From Eledone cirrhosa (lineage: Eukaryota): a stretch of 64,000 nt of DNA. Positions within the stretch are counted from its first letter, which is position 1; the number at the start of each line of letters is the position of its first letter. Where the stretch lies: assembly GCA_964016885.1 (NCBI GenBank), contig OZ024743.1, positions 220,286,001 through 220,350,000 of the forward strand, written 5' to 3'. Below, piece after piece: positions 53,858-64,000 of the stretch. Position numbers and translations under genes: made by a program. The notes beneath the pieces are model-generated. The model made no database searches and was not told the DNA's origin. It saw nothing but the letters and a program-made list of their open reading frames with translations.

Positions 53858-54635
53858 TGATTTCATTTATTGGCCACAAGGGCCGACATGTAGGGGACAA
53901 TACAAAGACAGGTACAGTGGGGTTTACAATAAGCTCGAGTAAAAGTGCACAATGGCAAGAGTAATTTAACAATGAAAATATAAATATATAAAATAAACTA
54001 TGCATAAATATAACAAAATAAATTCCCCTATAGGGGGTGGACGACCCTGCGGTGACTCGGGTACCCCACCAATCCTGAACCACCCTGCGCTTCTAGGGCA
54101 CCCAGGGAGAGCACCCCTCTCCTCAAGTTAGCTAGCCTATAGGCGCATGGTCAGAGTAGGCCCATTCACACGAGCCATTTTCGCCACATTCATCCACCTT
54201 TTAGCAAATGTACTGGGGGGCAGCACTTCTCTCTCCACCCTCACCTTCCTTTCCAGGTGAAACTTGAAGAAGTTGATGAGGGATTGGCCGAAGAGAAAAG
54301 TGTCTGTCTTTAGTCCTTTCAACCTGGTCCACCATATAATCTCTTTCGCAACTGCCACCAGACAGAGGAAAATTTCCTGCCCTTCCTGACCTAAGGAAGG
54401 CGGTGGATCGATCTTCACTATGGACTCGGCCGATAGCCGGATTCGTTCCACACGCGACAGTAGCTGCATAACTCCACAAGTCAGTAATGCACGGACATTG
54501 GACAAGTGCGTGCAGAACGGTTTCGTCGTTCTGTGCGCATCTTAGGCAGGTCCGCCTGACAGCACTTCTGTGCCTGTAGAGTTTATCCCGAACCAGCAGT
54601 GCCCCCCGGTAGCACTGCCAAGCGAGGGCAGTATC
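53858..54635 (-). mobile_element. Tx1 copy 4, 5'-truncated, with (TTC)n at the 3' end
   Basis: ALAWQCYRGAL..CLRC..HALVQC; WWTRLKG; AATAAA then (TTC)n at 53816-53857. Confidence 0.9.
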
Positions 54636-54814
54636 CACTTCTATTGCTATCGAGAAGCATGTCAGTACATCTAGCCACTCTGCTAACGAATATCTCGAAT
54701 GCTATCGTTTCACGTACGTATCAGATACAGGCATAAATGTGCACAGATACTTTATATATATAGAGAGAGAAAGAGTGAGAGAGAGTAAAGTAAAATAGTT
54801 GTGTGTGTGATACA

Positions 54815-54818
54815 TATA

Positions 54819-54877
<59 letters not shown>

Positions 54878-54949
54878 CTATATGTATTACACATATATAT
54901 ATACACACATACATATATATTACTATATATATACATACATATGTATTAC

Positions 54950-54980
<31 letters not shown>

Positions 54981-55430
54981 GTATGTATGTATATATACAT
55001 AGTATATATATGTATATCTATGTATATATATGTATGTATGTATATATACATAGTATATATATGTATATATATGTATATATATGTTTGTATGTATGTATAT
55101 ATACATAGTATATATATGTATATCTATGTATATATGTATATATATATATGTATGTATATATACATAGTATATATATGTATATCTCTGTATATATGTATAT
55201 ATATGTATATATATAGTATATGTATGTATATATATAGTATATGTGTATATATGTATGTATATATATATATATAGTATATGTGTATATATGTATGTATATA
55301 AGTATGTATGATTATATATATATATATATATGCTGTGCTAGGTCGAGAAATAAAATTCTAATTTTTTATATATATATATATATATACATACATATATATA
55401 TATACATACATATATATACACACACACAAT
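54815..55430. repeat. Compound (TA)n/(TATG)n microsatellite (representative of dozens across the window)
   Basis: Directly visible; similar tracts at 2330-2510, 4340-5575, 21470-21720, 25690-26200, 30955-31290, 56010-56315, 61405-61860. Confidence 0.95.
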
Positions 55431-55529
55431 GCGATGAAATACCAATGAAGGTTGGAAAATCACTGACGAAGGACTATTTTTATCATATGTAACCCATGTG
55501 AAAACCACGCAGTATTCTTCTTTCTTCTC

Positions 55530-55579
<50 letters not shown>

Positions 55580-56106
55580 ATACACACACGCACACACTAA
55601 GACAGACATGTATTATATGCACACAAAGAAAAAAATAAAATCTTTTTTTAATCGATGATCTTATCTGGACTCGTTTATACAGATGTCATTGTTTGGAATG
55701 TTTGTGATAGTTTCACCTTTCGTCTCCTCAGCACGTTTTCTTAACCTGATTATTTCAGAGATCTGATAAACATTGAGGTATCGGTGCACCGCAGCATATA
55801 AAACAATATTACTCACTCGGTGTAGTTTTCTTTTTATTGGGTATTGAGTACACTTTCATTACACGACAATGTATAAGCATTGTATTCTAATGATGCAATG
55901 ACGTCGCTATCTAGACAAGTTAAACTGGGTTAATATATTTATCTATTTTTTTCGATTTGGTGCAGACCTGTCGAACTTAACCAGATTTTTACACGGATAT
56001 ACTATATTATGCGTATATATATATAGATATATAAACATACATACATACATATATATATATATATACACATACATACACACACACATATATATATATATAT
56101 ATACTT

Positions 56107-56139
<33 letters not shown>

Positions 56140-56142
56140 CTT

Positions 56143-56201
<59 letters not shown>

Positions 56202-56339
56202 CATACATATATATATATACATATGTATACATGAGTGTGTGTTTGTATGGACATACATACACACATACACACACATACACACTCACACACATACACATAT
56301 ATATATATATATATGTTAAAACAAAAAAGAAAAACAATA

Positions 56340-57470
56340 ACGATGAGTGCAGTACAAAGTGTTAGTATTAGGTTCCCGCTTGAGAGTGGGGTTTGGGGGG
56401 ACGACGTTTCTGGCATAAGCCCTTCATCAGGAGAAAAGTGGGAAGGAAAAGAGTTCTGAGGGTGTGAGGGGGAATGGTGGAAAGACATTAAAGGGAGGGG
56501 GCGGGGTTAAGGGGAAGAAAAAGAAATTAAAAAGAAGGTTAAAAAATTAAAATTAAACAAGTGGTGAAAGGGTGTGAGGCGTGTAGAGGTGGTGGTGGGT
56601 GGATGGAGTGGGAGAGGGGCGAAGGAGACAGGGCGGAAGGTGGTGTGTGTGTATGTGTGGATGTGAATGTGAATGGGAAAGAACGTGGTTCCATGTTCGT
56701 GTAATAGGAAAGTCAGTGTGTACATGGGGTTGGATGTAAGTCAGTGTGTGTGTGTGCGTGTGGATGTAGAGGGGTCAGGGGGGGTGGGGGATAGAAGGCA
56801 TGCAGAGTTCGGAGGCCGAGTATGTGTATATGAGGATACGCACGTGTCTGTGTTTTTTTTCTGGTGTAGATACGTGGGAACGTATGGTTGCGTGAGTGCG
56901 AAAATAGTGTAAGTGTTTGTGTGTGTGTGTTCCTGAATGTTTTCCCGGAGGGTGTATGAAGAGATGGTGAAAAATCCGAGTATAAGAGGGTGGATGTCTG
57001 GAGCATATGACCAGTTGTATAGAATCCGTGGAATGGTGCGGAGGAAGTAGAGAGTTGTGGGGTGCGCGCGCAACAGGAAGTGGTCAAGAAGGTCAAGGCA
57101 AGCGGTGGAGAAGGCAGGGCGAAGGATGCGAGAGAGAGGAGATAACTGTAGGAGGGTGACAGACAGGTGAATAGTAGGGATGATGGCAGACAGGCGAGTG
57201 GTGGGGTTGGTCTGTATGTGTGTTGTGAATGTGTGTATGTGTACGGAGGTGCGGTGGACAGGAGAGGAGGTGGGTATGTGTGAAAGGTTGAGGTAGAGGG
57301 TGGCGGTGTGTGTGTGTGGGGGGGGGGTTGTGTGTGTATTAGTGGAGGTGTTAATGGGATGTATGTGTGGGGGGTGTTGGTAGTACGGGTATATATATAT
57401 ATATAGTGGTAGAACACTGGAAGGTAATATCCGTAGTGGTAGAGCATTCAGTCCATGGGACGAGTTAGGT
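56340..57470 (-). mobile_element. Heavily decayed Penelope/Poseidon-type 3' fragment ending in a minimal hammerhead (56402-56435)
   Basis: C/A-rich strand with remnants like TRPPN; CTC-CTGATGA-AGGGCttatGCCA-GAAACGTC. Confidence 0.55.
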
Positions 57471-57650
57471 AGAAGTGGTTACACAACAGTTAGTTTACCA
57501 TACCGAGAAACAATTTTTTCACCTTAGCGGATCCTCACCTCGTAATGGACATGGTTATACGTATAACGATGTCCATTACGAGCTGAGGATCCGCTAAGGT
57601 GAAACAATTGTTCTCGGTATGGCGAACTAATTGTTGTGTAACCACTTCTA
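57470..57650. repeat. Imperfect palindrome (~88-bp arms) containing mirrored hammerheads
   Basis: TAGAAGTGGTTACACAACA.. / ..TGTTGTGTAACCACTTCTA; centre TTATACGTATAA. Confidence 0.85.
57579..57616 (+). ncRNA. Minimal type I hammerhead, intact core
   Basis: CGAG-CTGAGGA-tCCgctaaGGt-GAAA-CAATTG-TT-CTCG. Confidence 0.75.
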
Positions 57651-57735
57651 TATATATATATATATATATATATACTAAAAGCCTGTTGAGAAAGTGACTT
57701 CCTTGTTCGATCATCATATCAAAAGCTTAACATAA

Positions 57736-57908
57736 ATCGGTAGAGGGTCGGACACCATGCTTTCCAGCATAGTTACGTCCCTTTACGATCTGAGTTCAAA
57801 TCGCGCTGAGGTTGACTTTGCCTTTCATCCTTACGGGGTCTATAAAATAAAGTACCAGTAATGCACTGGGTCTTTGTTGGCCTTGTGCCTAAAGTAGAAA
57901 CAATTATT
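57736..57908 (+). mobile_element. SINE (major family)
   Basis: Consensus match. Confidence 0.9.
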
Positions 57909-58194
57909 TGTCTAAGCAGACAGTACTTGGTTTAGGAGTTGCAGAAACCCAATACTGGATATTACCAACCTTCCAGAGGTCCGGGTATAATTTTCAATCA
58001 TATTTTATTTGTTTGACCCGTATTACTTGGTCGTTTCTATGGCTGTGCGGATAATGGTTTAACCATCGTCTCAGTGTGTTTGGCCTTTTAACTTCTGTTG
58101 TTGCTCTAGTTCACTAGCTTCTATGGAGCGCTTGCCACACATCTCGGAAGTTGTTTTTCGCTAATTTCCAATAGCCGAAATACGATTTTCGCTA

Positions 58195-58251
<57 letters not shown>

Positions 58252-58639
58252 TCAAATCTATACATATAAAATATATACTATGTTACTCATTAAAGATAAA
58301 GCTCAATTAACATTAAGCTCTGAGCATAATGTATTCAAATTTGAAAGATATACAAACATATTTTCCATATATCTAGTTGAGAAACTAGATGGCGCCAGAG
58401 CATCATCATTCTTAAAGCCGAGTAAACAGGAGCAACGTGAAATAAGTGTTTTGTTCAAAACTGTCCTCTCCGGGAATCGAACTCACAACCTCATGATTGT
58501 TAATCCAATGGTCAAACCACTAACCTACGCGCCTTTATTATTACTATTATTTCTTTTTTATTTATCTTGCTTTATGTTCATACGAGTTATCACCAAGTCA
58601 AAACCAGTGACCTCTAGAGACAACAAGGTCCGCCATGTT

Positions 58640-59395
58640 CAAGAAAGAACATACATACACACACATGCATCTTTAGGTGTTTAGACTTGTGATGTATTTA
58701 TATTGACAGAATCTTCCTTAGTATATGGGCAGTTCCCATTAGTACTATCTTTTGTATTTCTTCTATCCTGGGATTTGGGATACGTAATCATTAGACCCCT
58801 TAGGTATCCTAGAGCGCCTACAACCACTGGTATTGTTTTAGTTCTCAACTTCCACCCTTCAGGTCTTTATACTTGCTCAATTTTTCAAATGTTTTAATAA
58901 ATACATTCTTGTCTATTGGAACGGATATATCAATTAGCAGACATACCCTCTTTTTAAAGTCCTTCAGTATTATATCAGGTCTATTTGCATTTATTTTTCG
59001 GTCTGTTTGGATACTAAAGTTTCACAAAATTGAGATGTTACCTTTTTCAAGTACGGGAGGTGGTTGATGCTCCCACCAATTCTTTTGATGGAGCAGGTCA
59101 AAATGCTTACACATTACCCAGTGTATGTATTGTGCAGCTCTGTCGTGCCTGTTGGAGCTATAGGACTGTATTTTGAAATTATATGATCAATGGTCTCTGG
59201 GTTTTTTTTTACATACACGGCATAATGGGTTGCATCCATTTTTTTATTATGTTGGCTTGGTAATTGTTTGCTGGCAGACACTGATCTTGTGCTGATATAA
59301 TCAGTCCTTCAGTCTCCGATTTCAGTCCAGAGGATGCCAACCACTGATGGGTTAAAGTTTTGTTAACATCAGGATTGTAAGCACCTGTTGGTTTT
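58640..59395 (-). mobile_element. R4/Dong-type fragment (RLE end)
   Basis: Minus strand HQWLASSGLKSETEGL; RHDRAAQYIHW; WNFSIQTDRKI.ANRPDII..CLLIDISVP; IPVVVGALGY. Confidence 0.8.
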
Positions 59396-60094
59396 TACTT
59401 CAATTTATTATAAATTTCCAGTTGCTTAGTTTAATAACCGGATGATTGTTTATTTGTTTATTTTCAAAGGTTTTTCGTCCCGTATTCTGTGACCTCCCTA
59501 AGTGACTAATTTGTTATTTTGTTTCCCTCCTTTTTTCTGTTCTACATCATCTTGTTTTTGACAGCTCACAAAAACAGATTTAACCAAAAACGATTTATTG
59601 TAAAATGACAAATATTTTCTATTCATATTATTGTTAAATTGATCCGATAATCAATATTTGGTATAACATAGTTTTACAAGAATATGATTTAGTTATAGAT
59701 GGAAATAACAATATTATATCAAACTGCATAAATTTATATTTACAAAGGCTTGATCAACCTGGCTGAGTGGTAAGTGTTAAATGTCTTTTGTTACTGAAGC
59801 TGGTATCATGTTTGATTAGTGAAGATGATCCTGATTTCACATTGAAGAAATTACATTTCACTGCTGTGTATATGGTTAACGTGACTGCAAGATATAGCGA
59901 GTTAAAATCAATTGTGACACATGGTGTCAAATTTGTCACCGGCTTAGCTTTTTCAAGAGACTGTACGTGTATTGCTGTTGTTTCTTGTTGATAGTCGTCG
60001 AACTGGCTAGAAGAACACCTAGTAACATAGCAGCCTCTTGTGACAGGTGTTGGTTACATGTCTGATCTAGGAGAACACTCACTTAGTGTTGTTA

Positions 60095-60303
60095 TTTGGC
60101 AGAATTGGTAGAGCGTCGAACAACATGCTTTGCAACGTAGAGTTGCGGCGCTTACGTTCTGAGTTCAAATCCCACCGAGGTTACCTTTGTCTTTCATCCT
60201 TACGGGGTCGATAAAATAAAGTAGCAGTAATACATTGGGGTCGATTTAATCGACTTTCCCTTTGCCTCCAAATTGCTGGCCTTGTGCCTAAAATAGAAAC
60301 AGT
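60095..60303 (+). mobile_element. SINE
   Basis: Consensus match; GTTATTTG repeated at both ends. Confidence 0.88.
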
Positions 60304-60346
60304 TATTTGTAGAGGTTTCACACTTTCATTATTGTTTTGAATAATA

Positions 60347-60531
60347 GGGCGGTGGATTGGCAGTATCCGTAGAGGGTCGGACGCCATGCTTTCCAACATA
60401 GTTACGTCCCTTTACGGTCTGAGTTCAAATCCCGCCGAGGTTAACTTTGCCTTTCATCCTTACGGGGTCGATAAAGATAAAGTACCAGTAATGTACTTGG
60501 TATTAATGGCCTTGTGCCAAAAGTGGAAATA
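60347..60531 (+). mobile_element. SINE with an 18-bp TSD
   Basis: ATTATTGTTTTGAATAAT at 60328-60345 and 60532-60549. Confidence 0.92.
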
Positions 60532-60925
60532 ATTATTGTTTTGAATAATGCTTATGTTATTTTTATGTTCGACAAATGTTGTTGGCGTAATTGTTTGGCT
60601 TTCCAATAATTTAGCCCTGAGTAAACTCTTCCCGGTGTAACTTCATTGTGTTCATGTTGTAGTGTTTAGCCATGTTTGTAAAAAATCCTTGTATGGTGAA
60701 TTTCTAAATGGATATCTCTACGATTTCGAATAAAAGTAGTCGTCTGTGAATATCATGAGAAGAATATCCAACACGGCTGGTAGTTGTGGCATTATTTTTG
60801 GAGAGAGTATTCATTTTAAATTTCATAAATAGTCCCCCACGCCATATGTGCGATATCACGCCTCAAATATCTTGATATGTTATATATGTATGTTATGTAT
60901 GTATGTCATGTATATATATATTTAT

Positions 60926-61402
60926 GTCTGGTCGGGCCATCGGCAACTAAATTGGCAACCCCACTAAGCTTGCTTAGTAAGGAGAGTGATTTTGGGCACC
61001 CTGCTTGATGAAAACCAAAACCGATCAAAGGGCGGAGCAAGTCAGGAGAGTCAACCGCCACCCAATAAAGTATTTTTTTAGTGGGCTAGTGGAGTGAGAG
61101 ATCCCAAGTCTTCATTAAGACATCTCGCTAGGAGAATGTCACTATGACGTAAAACCCGATGTAGACCATTTCTATATTTTCGGTAAATGCATTCGATGTT
61201 CAGAGAGTGGGATTGGCTCCGTGCAAAGCTTTTCTTCACTTAAAAAAGCTTTAAGCACAGGCATCGCTTAATATGTGACATTTTCTGTGATGCATGGTAT
61301 TGCTGGCCATAGGCAAGTACCTAGCAGGACTATAAAGCCACATCCGTGATACTCATGCTTACGTATCAAGCGATGGCATTACTCAAAATCGAGTTGCAGC
61401 CA

Positions 61403-61404
<2 letters not shown>
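60926..61404 (+). mobile_element. Diverged relative of the 600-bp RTE-like element
   Basis: GGTCGGGCCATCGGCAACTAAATTGGCAACCCC..GAGAGTGGGATTGGCT..ACTCAAAATCGAGTTGCAGCCATCA, then (CA)n. Confidence 0.7.
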
Positions 61405-61486
<82 letters not shown>

Positions 61487-61830
61487 ACACACATATATAT
61501 AATTTATATATATACATATGTGTATATACATATGCATACATACACATATATATATAAACACACATATATATTTATACACACACATATATATTTATACACA
61601 CACACACGCATATGTATATATGTATATATATATATACATGTGAGTGAGTGTGTGTGCGTGTGTGTGTGTGATTGTGTGTGTATGTATGTCAATGTATATA
61701 TATACGTATGTATATGTATATATACATATATATATATATAATATACATACATACATACACACATATACATATATATACATACACACTATATATACACATA
61801 CATACATACATACATACATGTGTGTGTGTG

Positions 61831-61861
<31 letters not shown>

Positions 61862-61905
61862 GTGGGATAACATTGCACATTTTTGTTATATTATCATTGT
61901 TTCCA

Positions 61906-62026
61906 TCCTGAAGAGAAAATTATATGTTTGATGAAAGCAAATACCACTTACAATTAGAGTCTTTCTAATGTGACAATAATTTGTCCTCATACAAAGTGTC
62001 CCGAACTTATGTCTGAACGTGTAGGA
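61906..62026 (+). ncRNA. Decayed hammerhead with long stem II
   Basis: TC-CTGAAGA-GA..TC-TGAA-CGTG-TA-GGA. Confidence 0.4.
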
Positions 62027-62052
62027 GCAACACTAAGTATTTTACTACATAC

Positions 62053-62115
<63 letters not shown>

Positions 62116-62116
<1 letters not shown>

Positions 62117-62725
62117 GTGAAGATAGACATAGAATATTCGAAAATATTCTGTATGTTTATAATAAACATTTTGAAGACCTAATCGCTATAGAATAGAATA
62201 CGTCACGTATTACAATTAGATTCTCGATAAAAGCAAGGGAAGTAACCTACGCGTTTCATTCTTATTAGAAATCTTCAGGATTACATATCCAGTGCTTTTA
62301 TCGAGAATGACACAGCTAGAGACTTATAGAATACTTAGCTGTGTACAGGAACTGGTTTGAAAGAGCGGTTGCCGGTCCGGCAGAAATTAGAAATTGGATT
62401 AAATGCTCTGAAATAGCGATATATATGTGAAGATAGACATAGAATATTCGAAAATATTCTGTATGTTTATAATAAACATTTTGAAGACCTAATCGCTATA
62501 GAATAGAATACGTCACGTATTACAATTAGATTCTCGATAAAAGCAAGGGAAGTAACCTACTTTTATCCCTTGCTTTTATCGAGAATCTAATTGTAATACG
62601 TGACGTATTCTATTCTATAGCGATTAGGTCTTCAAAATGTTTATTATAAACATACAGAATATTTTCGAATATTCTATGTCTATCTTCACATATATATCGC
62701 TATTTCAGAACATTTAATCCAATTA
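62116..62725 (-). mobile_element. Hammerhead mini-element: 310-bp-period direct repeat plus an inverted arm, flanked by (ATT)n
   Basis: 62116-62250 matches 62426-62560; 62566-62725 is the reverse complement of 62390-62549. Confidence 0.8.
62242..62284 (-). ncRNA. Minimal type I hammerhead, intact core
   Basis: GTAATC-CTGAAGA-tTTCTaataAGAAt-GAAA-CGCG-TA-GGTTAC. Confidence 0.82.
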
Positions 62726-62919
62726 TTATTATTATTATTATTATTATTAATTGTCGTTTCTCCTCTGTACCTAATCAAAAATAATCCCTTATTATATCTT
62801 TCGTTCTTGTCCCCCGGTCTACATCCCTGCTCTCTGCTATGGGAGCGGAGTTAGCTGCCCTCAGGTGGAGTGGCTGTTCCAGTGCGTCTCCCGATGTTTC
62901 GTTGGATGAGGAAATGTAC

Positions 62920-63880
62920 TTGCGAATTCAGAAATTCGGAAATCTCGAAAAGAGAGTGCCGGTGGATCATGGCATCAATAACAAGACCAAGATAAGTGAG
63001 TAGAAGGCCAGCATACTGAGCGCTCTTGTGTACACAACGGAAATGTGGACACTACATTGTAGTCACCTCAGGTTTCGTGAACACTTCAATCAGAAATGTT
63101 AAAGACGAATCATCAACATTAAGTGTCATATAAACATACTTGACACACACATTTTTATAGATGCTGAATACGCAAGCATTTAATCTGCCACAATATCCTC
63201 TCAAATGCGTTGGGTAAGGTCTTGTAGTACGTATGAATGATGATAGACTATTTTACAGTCAATTGCACACTGGGAAAACCAAGGAAAAGATATAGACTGC
63301 ATAAAAACCATAATGTTCTACAGATTGAAATTCAGAACTAAGAAGTGCTAGCTTTAAAGAGGGTTGAATGGAGAGTACATGTAAAGGAAGGCTGCAGAAT
63401 TCTTGAAGAGAGACATCTTGACTATGAAAAACTTAAGCGTCAACTTTGAATAGGCCACAGTATAAACCTAACTAAGTACATAAGGAGCTAGAGATTTGAA
63501 GTGTGTGATCGTCTAATTCTCTCTAAATCTGGCTACATGAAAGACCCACTATGAAATCACACAAAAGACTCACTCTGTGCAGCACTATCCCTCAAACACG
63601 AGTTGAGAAAAAATATGGTGCGCAGGAAAATCTGCAAATCAATTTCTGGTCTTAAAAGGCATATGAGAGTGCATAAGGAAGACATCCGACAAACTGACCC
63701 AATCAATCCAATAAAGGAGGTGGGGGAGGGGGAAACATGTTTTGTCTGTCTTATTTGTTGCAGATCGTGCAAATCTGCAGCTGGACTTAAGTGGTTATGA
63801 ACGGATGTTTGGGGTTGGTGACGAAGTTGGGAGATATACAGAGAGACGAAACACCATCTGCAAAGATGAAGGGATCAATA
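62920..63880 (+). mobile_element. RTE/BovB-like LINE 3' fragments with C2H2 zinc-finger remnants
   Basis: FGNLEKRV..TKISE.KASILSALVYTTEMWTL..HLR..HFNQKC.RRIINIK; ICKSISGLKRHMRVH; CLICCRSCKSAAGLK. Confidence 0.7.
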
Positions 63881-64000
63881 TCTACCTATCTATATCTATA
63901 TCTATCTATATATATATATGTATATATTGCACCCTCAGATATATATTAACCTTATTCAACATTCTCCAGTATGTAGAGAAAAATCCTGTCGTTCTATTTA

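Larger units (their letters stand above)
59745..60730 (-). mobile_element. R4/Dong-type 5' fragment interrupted by two SINEs
   Basis: 60570-60730 is similar to 30262-30620 (GTTGGCGTAATTGTTT.., GCCATG..AATCCTTGTA..GGATATCTCTACGA). Confidence 0.6.

Noticed and set aside
60347-60440. tRNA genes at A/B-box sites
   Set aside because: The boxes belong to SINE heads followed by SINE body and TSDs; no complete cloverleaf was seen.
62795-62895. Possible HDV-like ribozyme upstream of the RTE fragment
   Set aside because: It is GC-rich and partly self-complementary (GGGAG..CTCCC), but I could not assign the nested double pseudoknot by eye.

Overview
This is an AT-rich, microsatellite-saturated eukaryotic window with no recognisable host gene. 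The repeat content (very long (AT)n/(CA)n/(TATG)n tracts and one abundant tRNA-derived SINE) suggests an octopus or other cephalopod genome, but that is inference. Most of the sequence is transposon-derived. It holds two decayed Penelope-like elements (RT + C-terminal GIY-YIG), each with a head-to-head inverted 3' arm, plus a third Penelope remnant. It also holds an R4/Dong-type RLE retrotransposon and a fragmented relative, a 13-kb cluster of four L1/Tx1-type LINEs, and CR1, RTE and CRE fragments. Smaller elements include about 14 SINE copies, a ~600-bp structured RTE-like non-autonomous element (4 copies), small Helitrons, MITEs and a 62-bp minisatellite. The most striking signal is more than 20 intact or decayed type I hammerhead ribozyme (HHR) motifs from many unrelated sequence families, several with greatly expanded stem II. 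Three sit in 0.3-0.7 kb non-coding, microsatellite-flanked units whose terminal direct repeat starts within 3-6 nt of the predicted self-cleavage site, a retrozyme-like or mini-Penelope architecture. Others sit in near-perfect palindromes. All folds were derived by eye and need computational and biochemical confirmation.
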